Source of the DNA: a virus
Reading direction: 5' to 3' (one strand)
DNA: 64,000 nt
Virus record (IMG/VR): IMGVR_UViG_3300023176_005537
Location: 64,001 to 128,000 of that record
Each line of letters starts with the position of its first letter. The stretch's first letter is position 1. The notes beneath the pieces were generated by a model. The model was given only the letters and a program-made list of their open reading frames with translations. It searched no databases and had not been told where the DNA came from. Both the position numbers and the translations under genes were made by a program. This document shows positions 51,704 to 59,968 of the stretch, in pieces.

Positions 51704-52974
51704 TGCCCTATAAGATCAGGAAAACAAAGTGCAAAAAATCAGATGGTTCTTCCGGAACTCACGTTGTTTATAAAAAAAGCGGTAAGCGTGTCGGATGCAC
51801 AGATGAGCCAGAAGATTACAAAAAAGCTCTTTATGCAGCAGAAGTTAATGAAGTTTTGATCTTGGAAGATACGCTGTATAAAAACGTAGAAGATGACGTG
51901 TTTCTACACTTTACCTTGCGAGATAGAGCTTATAAGATCAGAGAAATGGGAGAATTACTTCGACAGCCCGAAGGTATAGAGAAGTTTGGAACAGATACAA
52001 TTGACGCAGTTTCTTTGATTTGGGGAGATTTTGTCCCCAAAGTGCAGACCAATCACCTAGGCGGCGAAGACATTGTAGCAATCATTTTCAAGACTGATGT
52101 GCCTCCAAAATATGGCTATGTTGAAGAGGTGAAATGGGACGTTGAAAGACTTCCTATTTACGATGTTAGGATTGTGCCTTTCGAAGAAGCAGTTCAAATG
52201 TTGAGAAATGCGCCTGAATATGTCGATGAAATGGATTATGTTCTTTACAAGGAAAATAAACAAATGAATATTGAAGACCTAAGTGCGATCATTCGAGAGG
52301 AAGTTAAGCTTGCACTGGAAGAAGCCAAAAAGAAGAAAAAGAAGAAGAAAAAATCTAAAAAGAAGAAGGGCAAAGACGATCGCTGCACTCGTATTGCAAA
52401 AAGAAAGTATGATGTGTGGCCGTCAGCCTACGCTAGCGGCGCAGTTGTTCAGTGCCGCAGAGGAAAGATTTGGAAAGGTCTAACAGAAGAGAAGGAAATC
52501 ACCCCAGAAGACAAAGAGACAATTTCTGATATTGTAGCCAAATTGAGAGCAGCATCGGAGTCTCACGCTCAAATGGCAAAAGATTTGGAAGATGGTGCAG
52601 CAAAGCTTGAAAAAGGTTCAGAAGCCCATTCTAGCCAAGCAGACAAATTAGAAAAGATGATCCAAGAAAGAAAAAAGAAGAAAAAGAAGTCTAAAAAAAA
52701 AGTAAAAACTGACTTCTCCAAAGAAAAGGACAAAGGCCTTCACGGTTGGTTTGAAAGGCAAGGTGGTAAAGGAAAAAGTAAAGGCTGGGTTGATTGTAAT
52801 ACTTGCCGAACAGACAAGAAAACAGGAAAGAAAACTTGTAAATCTTGTGGTCGTCAAAAAGGCGAGAAAAGAGCAAAATACCCCTCTTGCCGTCCAACCC
52901 CTGCTGCTTGTGGGACTGCTGGCAAAGGAAAGTCTTGGGGTAAAAAGTCTGCTAAAAAAGGAAAAAAGAAATGA
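51703..52974 (+). CDS. Modular basic protein: possible ADP-ribosyltransferase-like domain, internal leader and Cys/Lys-rich modules
   Basis: Distinct modules separated by VNE/LEE/LTE/IQE and poly-Lys linkers; WPSAYASG and GWVDC..KYPSCRP motifs. Confidence 0.65.
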   Translation: MPYKIRKTKCKKSDGSSGTHVVYKKSGKRVGCTDEPEDYKKALYAAEVNEVLILEDTLYKNVEDDVFLHFTLRDRAYKIREMGELLRQPEGIEKFGTDTIDAVSLIWGDFVPKVQTNHLGGEDIVAIIFKTDVPPKYGYVEEVKWDVERLPIYDVRIVPFEEAVQMLRNAPEYVDEMDYVLYKENKQMNIEDLSAIIREEVKLALEEAKKKKKKKKKSKKKKGKDDRCTRIAKRKYDVWPSAYASGAVVQCRRGKIWKGLTEEKEITPEDKETISDIVAKLRAASESHAQMAKDLEDGAAKLEKGSEAHSSQADKLEKMIQERKKKKKKSKKKVKTDFSKEKDKGLHGWFERQGGKGKSKGWVDCNTCRTDKKTGKKTCKSCGRQKGEKRAKYPSCRPTPAACGTAGKGKSWGKKSAKKGKKK

Positions 52975-53816
52975 AAATAAAGATTTTGAAAGAGATGAAA
53001 GGGTGCGGTGGTGTTTATGAAAGATGCCCACATTCCGGGTGCTCCCATTGCAGGAGTGAACACGGTCGAGATTTTGATAAGCACGATCACGAAGGTTCAA
53101 TGGCAAGAACCAATCTTTGGAAAACCAAAAAGTATTGTGAAAAGTTATTAGATATGCTTAATGACAAAGATGATCTTCCAGAGTGGGTTGACGCAAAGAT
53201 CACAAAAGCAACAGACTATCTTTCCTCTGTTAAAAGATATATGGCTGGTGAGATTGCCAGAGATCAGGGAATGCTTGAAGAAAGGCTTTCCGAAGGAATG
53301 AAATATCATATGGATAACAATATTACGATTGATAAAAATATTTATCGCATCCACTCTGACAACTTCTTTTCTCTTTTCAAAGAAGCAAGAAATCTTTGGA
53401 AAAGAGGTTTGGTTAATTTAACAGAAGCTGAAAGATATTACATCTCTGAAACTGAAATTGGAGAGTTTGGCATCTTTGAGGGCAAAAGAGTTCCATTGGA
53501 CTTTCCAATGGTTGAGGAGTCTCTTTTGGAAGCAAAGTATAAAGGAAAGGATGTTAAACTTAACAAGCCACAAAGAGGTGGTTCCAAGAAGTTTTATGTT
53601 TACGTTAGAGATCCAAAAACTAAAAACATTCGCAAAGTTTCTTTTGGAGACAAAGGAATGTCTGTAAAGGTGGCAGATCCAGAGAGAAGAAAGTCTTTTG
53701 CAGCACGACATAAATGCAAGGAAAAAAAAGACAAAACAAAAGCAGGATACTGGGCTTGTCGTATTGGGCGCTACCCTCATCTAACTGGTTCAAAGAAAAG
53801 GTTTACTTGGTGGTAA
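52971..53816 (+). CDS. Modular hypothetical protein (three modules)
   Basis: DHEGSMAR..LPEWVDAKITKA module; LSEGMKYH..FKEAR module; LLEAKYKG..KKFYVYV..VSFGD..RRKSFAARHKC..AGYWAC module. Confidence 0.7.
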   Translation: MKIKILKEMKGCGGVYERCPHSGCSHCRSEHGRDFDKHDHEGSMARTNLWKTKKYCEKLLDMLNDKDDLPEWVDAKITKATDYLSSVKRYMAGEIARDQGMLEERLSEGMKYHMDNNITIDKNIYRIHSDNFFSLFKEARNLWKRGLVNLTEAERYYISETEIGEFGIFEGKRVPLDFPMVEESLLEAKYKGKDVKLNKPQRGGSKKFYVYVRDPKTKNIRKVSFGDKGMSVKVADPERRKSFAARHKCKEKKDKTKAGYWACRIGRYPHLTGSKKRFTWW

Positions 53817-53817
53817 T

Positions 53818-54096
53818 ATGGAATTTCCTTTCAAAGAAAAGAAGTTAGAAAACAATATCGTGATCAGAGAGTTCAAAGAAAATGTTGATTCCGAAGAGCT
53901 TATCTGGCATAGAGATAGAGAAAACAGAGAAGTTACAATCTTGCAATCTTCTGGATGGCAACTTCAAATGGACAATGAAATTCCAAAAACCCTTGAAGAG
54001 GGAAAAACTTATTATATTCCTGCTTTTGTTTACCACAGAGTGATCAAAGGCAGCGGCAATCTTATTGTTAAAATAAAAAAGGAAGAGATTAAATGA
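53818..54096 (+). CDS. Small cupin-like protein
   Basis: WHRD.E.R...GWQLQMD...YIP...YHRVIKG. Confidence 0.65.
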   Translation: MEFPFKEKKLENNIVIREFKENVDSEELIWHRDRENREVTILQSSGWQLQMDNEIPKTLEEGKTYYIPAFVYHRVIKGSGNLIVKIKKEEIK

Positions 54097-55910
54097 AGAT
54101 GAAATTAATCATGGAAAGTTTTCGAAAAACAATGAAAGAATTCAAAGAGAGAGAAGGCAAAACAATGTCTTATGATTCTTCTTTGGGTGGCTTTGTTGTT
54201 TCAAAAGAAGACTTGTCAAAAATCAACCAAGCAATCGAAAAGATCTACAAAGCATTTGAAGAAAGAACCGGAGGAACTGCTGAAAATATCCCTAGGATTG
54301 AAGCAGAAGATCTAGAGCCTGTTGCGGGAGCTTTGAACGAATCGGCGGAACAAGGTGGGGAGCCCACCGAAGAGGAAAAGGATTATATTGCTCTACGACA
54401 TTTTGGATACGATTCATGGAACGAATTGCCCGAAGAAGACAAAGATCTTGTGATGAGAAGGTTGGAGCTTTTCACTTCGGGCGGCGAAATGAAGCAAACC
54501 ATTGGAGCCGTTAGTGGCTTGAAAAAAGGTCTGGGACGTATGAGCCCAGAGGACTTTGAAAAAGGGGGATACGTCCTTCCCGTTTCCGCAGAAGTTCTGG
54601 AAGATTTTCAGGCTATGGTCAATGAATTGAAAGAAGGTGGTGAAGTCGATAGCCTTTTTGAAAAAGCTAGGGACTGGTATCATAAAATTAGAGATCTCCT
54701 CGATGAAGAAACTGGAAATGATCAAGACGCTACTTTGCTAGGTCTTCTTATTGCAACGTACAGCCCCAGAGCAAAGTTTGCTCTGAACTTGGCTGAAGCT
54801 GCTTTTATGTTCAAAGCAGTTGAAATGGATGCAAAGGACAACAAAGAGCTTTTGAGAGAATATATTAATATCTTTCCCGGTGGTAAAAAGAAAAAGCAGG
54901 GAGAATTTCGAGGGTTTACAAAGGCGCACAAAGTTCCAAACTTCACCCTGAACCTGATCGCCCCAGATTTGTCTGGTGGGCGAGATAAAGAAGGGAAAAT
55001 TAGCTATGATGAGCTTTATATGTGGAACTCCACAATTGACACTTGGATGATTGACGCTTTTTATCCAAATGTCAGAGGTGTTACAACGGCAAAAGAATGG
55101 GAAAAGATCAAAGGCAAGATGATGGGTAACGTTGTTACTTATCGGTATATGGCAGGGTTGGTCGCACAGGAAGCGAAAAAACTAGGCCTCTTACCTCATG
55201 AGCTTCAAGCTATTGTGTGGGTTGCTTCTCAAATCAGAAAGACTGGAGAGAAAGGTCTTGGTGTCACTACTGAGTTTGCAATCAATCAAATTAAACAATC
55301 CATTGTCAACCTAGAAAAGATTAAAGAACAATTCAACGAAGAGGAAAGGATTAATAAGAAGTTGGTCGGACCATACCTTAAAGAGTTGGATATGGACAAA
55401 GAATATACAGAACAGTTTGGAGATCAAAGCTGGCTTAAAGTTATTTTGGATAAGATTGAAACAGATGGTTTTGATGAGGCTGCTGATTATATCTTAGGAA
55501 TTAAAAAAGGAGACAAAACGGTTGTTCCCGGTGTGCGCTCTATCACAGCCTCTGGTAAGAAAGGGAAAGAACCAGATCGCTTTAATCCTGTTCGCCCAGA
55601 GTTTAAACCAAAGAAAGAGAAGAAAGAAAAGGAAGAAAAGAAGAAGAAGCCAAAGGACACAAGATATCAAGACGCAGAAAAATATGGAGAACTTAAAACA
55701 TTTTATGTTATGAATGAAGTCATTCAGATGCGAACCGGAAAGTTCAATAACCTTCACGACTCAATTCTTTTGTATTTGAGTGATGATTTCTCTAAAGAAA
55801 AGGCTGTTGATTATATTCTAGGCAGGTTCGACTCCGAAGCAAAAGCCTCCAAAGATTATTTCATCAAAGAAAGCAAAAGAAGATTTGTTGTAAGGATTTT
55901 GAAATCATGA
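54093..55910 (+). CDS. Hypothetical protein with a putative HhH-GPD DNA-glycosylase-like core
   Basis: RDWYH, IATYSPR, KVPNF, TIDTWM, LLPHELQAIVW motif series; MKLIMESFRK..KE leader-like start. Confidence 0.5.
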   Translation: MKMKLIMESFRKTMKEFKEREGKTMSYDSSLGGFVVSKEDLSKINQAIEKIYKAFEERTGGTAENIPRIEAEDLEPVAGALNESAEQGGEPTEEEKDYIALRHFGYDSWNELPEEDKDLVMRRLELFTSGGEMKQTIGAVSGLKKGLGRMSPEDFEKGGYVLPVSAEVLEDFQAMVNELKEGGEVDSLFEKARDWYHKIRDLLDEETGNDQDATLLGLLIATYSPRAKFALNLAEAAFMFKAVEMDAKDNKELLREYINIFPGGKKKKQGEFRGFTKAHKVPNFTLNLIAPDLSGGRDKEGKISYDELYMWNSTIDTWMIDAFYPNVRGVTTAKEWEKIKGKMMGNVVTYRYMAGLVAQEAKKLGLLPHELQAIVWVASQIRKTGEKGLGVTTEFAINQIKQSIVNLEKIKEQFNEEERINKKLVGPYLKELDMDKEYTEQFGDQSWLKVILDKIETDGFDEAADYILGIKKGDKTVVPGVRSITASGKKGKEPDRFNPVRPEFKPKKEKKEKEEKKKKPKDTRYQDAEKYGELKTFYVMNEVIQMRTGKFNNLHDSILLYLSDDFSKEKAVDYILGRFDSEAKASKDYFIKESKRRFVVRILKS

Positions 55911-56623
55911 AGATGGACGAAAAATATCCTCTCCTTCCACACGACGAAGAGATTTCAGATTGGCAATGGTGTATCAAAAAAGCAATCATTGATATTCACG
56001 CCAAAGCAATGCCTTATAAAAGAGGCACTTGGGGTGGTTCAACCGAAGACATTTATTATGACAAAAGAAGGATCTTGAGAAAAGGCGAAGGAACCTACTG
56101 TGTTGGATGCACTTCTGAAATCTTCTTCCGCGCTTGGAAAGAATTCACAGGGGATTACCTTGAAACACCAGAAGGCAACTTTACAGGCAAAGAAGCTTGG
56201 GAAGTTGCAAGAGCCTTTTTCTTTGCTTACAAAGACGAAGAGATTGACGGAATGCGAACAGACGAATTTGGAGCAATGGGTTGGTTTAAATGGTTAGCAA
56301 ACAGACCAGAACGCTTTGATTGGATTGAAACCTTCACAACACACAATCCTTATGAGATCCAATTTGGAGATTGGGTTTCAATGCAGTTTGCAGAAGATTA
56401 TTCATCCGGCCACGCTACAGTGGGGTTGGGATTGGACAAGTACAAAGGCAATGATGTTGTCAACGTTTATTCTTCAACTACTTATTATGATAAAACTTGG
56501 ATGAAAGAAAAGGGCGTTGAAAATCCCTACTCAACAGGGAACGGCTTTGATTATTACCGTTTAAACGTAACAAAGAGTGGATTTAAAAGAAAGTTCTTTG
56601 TTTCAAGATTAGTTCAAAAATAG
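55907..56623 (+). CDS. Putative Cys-His (papain/NlpC-like) amidase, candidate endolysin
   Basis: GTYCVG...GDWV...GHATV; directly upstream of the holin-like gene. Confidence 0.5.
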   Translation: MKMDEKYPLLPHDEEISDWQWCIKKAIIDIHAKAMPYKRGTWGGSTEDIYYDKRRILRKGEGTYCVGCTSEIFFRAWKEFTGDYLETPEGNFTGKEAWEVARAFFFAYKDEEIDGMRTDEFGAMGWFKWLANRPERFDWIETFTTHNPYEIQFGDWVSMQFAEDYSSGHATVGLGLDKYKGNDVVNVYSSTTYYDKTWMKEKGVENPYSTGNGFDYYRLNVTKSGFKRKFFVSRLVQK

Positions 56624-56632
56624 GAGTTTAAA

Positions 56633-56944
56633 ATGGCTAGAAGAACAGCTTTTGTTGATAAATATTTATCATCGTTTATTTCAAAAAAGTTATTGGTTTG
56701 GATTGTCGCAACAGTCGTGTTTTTGACAACTGGCAATCTTAAATCAGGAGATTGGCTTGTGATCTCTGCTATTTACATTGGTGGGCAATCTGTTATTGAC
56801 GCAGTGAAAGCAATGAAAGGCTCGACCAATGTTACAACGAAAGTTGAAACAGCAGTGAAGACAATCTTGTCCGACAAAGACAAGAAAGATGAGAAAGGGA
56901 AAGTTCCCCTTTCTGATACAACAGGCGATACGGTGACAAAATGA
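56633..56944 (+). CDS. Putative holin
   Basis: SKKLLVWIVATVVFL and WLVISAIYIGGQS.IDA transmembrane segments with a charged C-terminal tail. Confidence 0.6.
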   Translation: MARRTAFVDKYLSSFISKKLLVWIVATVVFLTTGNLKSGDWLVISAIYIGGQSVIDAVKAMKGSTNVTTKVETAVKTILSDKDKKDEKGKVPLSDTTGDTVTK

Positions 56945-57354
56945 GTGAGATTTGGGCAGAGGTTAAAAGAAAGTGGACAGAGTCCAAATATTTTATAGCA
57001 GTTGTTTTTGTTTTCTTGACAGTTGCTATTTTTCTTTTGACGACCAGCGATGGTCAAAAAAGATTGAGACAAATCATAAGGTCTTTGCAAAAAAGAAGAG
57101 AAGATGAATTGTACGAAATCCAAGAAAAACAAAATCAAAAAGAAAAAGAAAAGAAAGATTTAAAAAAGAAACATGAGAAGATTTTGGAAGAGATTGGAAA
57201 AGAATACAAGATTGGAAAAGAAAACGCCAAGAAAGAATACGACAAGAAGGTTAAAAAGATCTTGAAACAAACAAAGAAAGATCCTTCTCAGTTGTCCAAA
57301 AGATTGGCAGATGAATTTGGTCTTGACTACAAGGAAGATAATAATGAAAATTAA
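56941..57354 (+). CDS. Putative i-spanin-like protein
   Basis: Single N-terminal TM helix followed by a long Lys/Glu coiled coil; follows the holin-like gene. Confidence 0.5.
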   Translation: MSEIWAEVKRKWTESKYFIAVVFVFLTVAIFLLTTSDGQKRLRQIIRSLQKRREDELYEIQEKQNQKEKEKKDLKKKHEKILEEIGKEYKIGKENAKKEYDKKVKKILKQTKKDPSQLSKRLADEFGLDYKEDNNEN

Positions 57355-57880
57355 AAAAAAACAACTCTTAAAAATCATCAAAGAAGAGCTTTTAAAAGAA
57401 AACATACAAGAACTTTTTGCAACAATAAGACAGCTTATCAATGCCGGCCAATATGACAGGGCATATGCTCAAATCATGGTGCAAATTGATGAAGACGATC
57501 CAAAGCACAAAATGGCAATTGATTATCTTGTTAGGCACAGTGGAGATGATTCGTATGAAGATAAGCTAAATAGTTGGCCTGATAGCGATTTTAGAAAATT
57601 AATTGCATATGGCTTTCTGCAATACGATCATGATTTTGATGACTTTCTGTCGAACTATGTCCAAGGTATCTTCGAAAGTCCCGAAGATTATCTTAAATAT
57701 AGGTGGGAAGAGTACACTTGGGACATGATTGAGGAGCTTCCACTTCCCTCCGACATAGAACGTTATATCGATATCGAAATCAATTGGGCTATGTGGGCAA
57801 GAGACAGTGAGCTTAATGGCGAGTTTGCATCTTGGGAGCTTGATGGCGTTCCCGGAGTTTTGATTATATCCCCAGCATAA
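57344..57880 (+). CDS. KIIKEE-leader protein with an ArdA-like acidic antirestriction domain
   Basis: MKIKKKQLLKIIKEELLKE leader; C-terminal G.FES.EDY...EE...LPSDIERYID...WARD.ELNGEF resembles the ArdA C-terminal domain; very acidic. Confidence 0.6.
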   Translation: MKIKKKQLLKIIKEELLKENIQELFATIRQLINAGQYDRAYAQIMVQIDEDDPKHKMAIDYLVRHSGDDSYEDKLNSWPDSDFRKLIAYGFLQYDHDFDDFLSNYVQGIFESPEDYLKYRWEEYTWDMIEELPLPSDIERYIDIEINWAMWARDSELNGEFASWELDGVPGVLIISPA

Positions 57881-57893
57881 GACAGGAGTAGAA

Positions 57894-58334
57894 ATGATTA
57901 CCTTTAAACGCGTTTTAAGCACCATTCTAGCCACTTTCATCACAATTTCGCCCTGCTATGCCAATAAGTCCACAAGGCTTCAAAAAGGGGCAAAAGCGCC
58001 CTTTTCTGGAACGCTCTTGGATGATGAAGCGGTAGCAAAGATTTTGGCAAAACAAGATTACTTGAAAAAAAGCTTGAAGTTGGATTGTTCTTACCAAAGA
58101 CAAAAAGAAAAAGCAAAGCTTCAATTGAAGATTGATCAATGCAAAGTAGATTTCAAAATTGAGAAAGAATTGAGAAAAAACTTAAGAAAGATTGATCAAG
58201 AAGAGATTACAAGATTAAGAAAGATTGCAAAGCCGCAAAACAATTGGACACCTCTTTGGATCACAATTGGCTTTGTTGCAGGAGCAGGAACAACAATTTT
58301 AATTCTTTATGGAATACAAGGAATTCAAAAGTGA
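57894..58334 (+). CDS. Secreted / membrane-anchored coiled-coil protein, possible spanin partner
   Basis: Signal peptide (..ISPCYA), GAKAPFSGTLL, coiled coil, C-terminal TM helix. Confidence 0.5.
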   Translation: MITFKRVLSTILATFITISPCYANKSTRLQKGAKAPFSGTLLDDEAVAKILAKQDYLKKSLKLDCSYQRQKEKAKLQLKIDQCKVDFKIEKELRKNLRKIDQEEITRLRKIAKPQNNWTPLWITIGFVAGAGTTILILYGIQGIQK

Positions 58335-58786
58335 AGATCAAAAAAGAAACCATTTTCAAGATCATCAAAGAAGAGATTGAAAGAGAACTTTCAAAAGAAG
58401 AAAAGCACAAGATTGTTTCTTTTGATTTTGATGATACCTTGACCTTTGCTCCTTTTGATCCGGAAGAAGAACATTCTGTTTACAAAGGGCCTCATGAGGA
58501 AATGATGAAAAAGATTAGAGGCTATATCGAAGATCCAGAAGTTACCGTTTATATTGTAACAAGCAGAAAGCAGGGCGGCATGGGACAAGTTAAAGGTTTT
58601 GTCGAAAAATATAAATTAAAAGTTGACGGCATTTATTGCACAGACGGAGATTGGAAAGCCCCCACTTTGAAAGAATTGGGTGTAACTTTGCATCATGACG
58701 ATGACAGTCAAGAAAATGAAAGAGCAGAAGCAGTAGGAATCCAGACAGTTCCAAGTGATCCATATGGCGATTACGGCACATTTTAA
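58331..58786 (+). CDS. KIIKEE-leader HAD-superfamily phosphatase
   Basis: GTG start overlapping the upstream TGA; (M)KIKKETIFKIIKEE leader; FDFDDTL (DxD), VTSR, K, HDDD motifs. Confidence 0.75.
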   Translation: MKIKKETIFKIIKEEIERELSKEEKHKIVSFDFDDTLTFAPFDPEEEHSVYKGPHEEMMKKIRGYIEDPEVTVYIVTSRKQGGMGQVKGFVEKYKLKVDGIYCTDGDWKAPTLKELGVTLHHDDDSQENERAEAVGIQTVPSDPYGDYGTF

Positions 58787-58813
58787 AGCAACAGGCCAAT
58801 GGAGAAGTTATAG

Positions 58814-59608
58814 ATGAAAAGTCATAATAGCAATATAAAAATTAAAAAGAATCTTCTCTTCAAAATTCTGAAAGAAGAGATCAAAAAAGAATTTTTGAAA
58901 GAAGGTATTTTAAGGATTCAAGATTATATTTCAAATGAAAATTTGAAATTGATTGAAGATACGTTTCGCAACCTTTTAAATACATATTTAACTTCCGATA
59001 GAGAAGAAAGCCTTTATTGGAATGTTGAGAAATTTGAATTTATAAATGTTGCCGGAGAGGAGGAGGTTGTTGACTTGATGCTTTCCGTTGGTCGGCCACC
59101 AAGAGGAATGGAAGGGGCTGTTGCATATCTAGATGCTAGGCCCAGTATTGGCTATTACCACTTAGCAATGTGTGTGTTAAACAAGGAAGATTATGATATA
59201 GAGGACGGTATTGATACCATGATTAATCATGAATTAATTCACTTGATAGATTCAAAATATTTTAAACGAAAAGACAGGAAAAAAGCTTACTTAGCTAGGC
59301 GAGAAGAAATTTTAGCTTTTTCTAGTCAGATATATAAACAGGTTGTTGACTTTTTAAATTCGGAAGATGAGCAGGACAAAGATTATTTGAATATTTTGCT
59401 TAATCTTTATAAAGATGGTGCGATAAAACAATTACAATTATTTAAAGCTATATTAAAGACTAGTCAACAGCTTGGAGCGATAGGCAAAGATCCCAGATTT
59501 ATAAAATCTATAATGCATCAGCACACAATGAAAGATAAGCAACCTTATTTAAAACATCTTTACAAAAAATTGTGGCCATTGATTCAAAAGAAACTTCAGG
59601 AGGTTTAA
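58814..59608 (+). CDS. KILKEE-leader zincin-like metallopeptidase
   Basis: IKIKKNLLFKILKEE leader; HELIH (HExxH) with a downstream EE..AF third ligand. Confidence 0.6.
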   Translation: MKSHNSNIKIKKNLLFKILKEEIKKEFLKEGILRIQDYISNENLKLIEDTFRNLLNTYLTSDREESLYWNVEKFEFINVAGEEEVVDLMLSVGRPPRGMEGAVAYLDARPSIGYYHLAMCVLNKEDYDIEDGIDTMINHELIHLIDSKYFKRKDRKKAYLARREEILAFSSQIYKQVVDFLNSEDEQDKDYLNILLNLYKDGAIKQLQLFKAILKTSQQLGAIGKDPRFIKSIMHQHTMKDKQPYLKHLYKKLWPLIQKKLQEV

Positions 59609-59949
59609 TGAAAGATCAGAATTATGTTGTGAAAATGGAGAAAGCAATCTCCGAAAAGTGGGGTGCAGAGGCAATTCAAAACCCAAAAGCAGGATGGGAT
59701 CAAGAAAAAGAAAAAGAATATCTTGAACAGTTGAAAGAAAAAGAAAGAAAAAAGAGAGATTTAGAGAAAAAAGCAAAACAAAATCTTTCAAAAGTGGCAA
59801 GAGCGTGTCCTATTTGTGAACAAGACAAGATTAGTTCAAGGCACGATGTTTATTTCACAAAGTTTTCTTGTTGTTTTGATTGCTATGTGCAGTGGATTGA
59901 AGGTAGAGAGCAAAGATGGAAGGAAGGTTGGAGACCAGACAAAAAATAG
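59608..59949 (+). CDS. Zinc-finger hypothetical protein
   Basis: CPIC...CFDC; ATG 59608 after AGGAGG, overlapping the previous stop. Confidence 0.7.
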   Translation: MKDQNYVVKMEKAISEKWGAEAIQNPKAGWDQEKEKEYLEQLKEKERKKRDLEKKAKQNLSKVARACPICEQDKISSRHDVYFTKFSCCFDCYVQWIEGREQRWKEGWRPDKK

Positions 59950-59968
59950 TCTTTTAACCTTCTAATTA

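Noticed and set aside
52328-52370. A-rich run as a frameshift or slippage site
   Set aside because: Mixed AAG/AAA codons encode a poly-Lys linker and the frame continues into a coherent module
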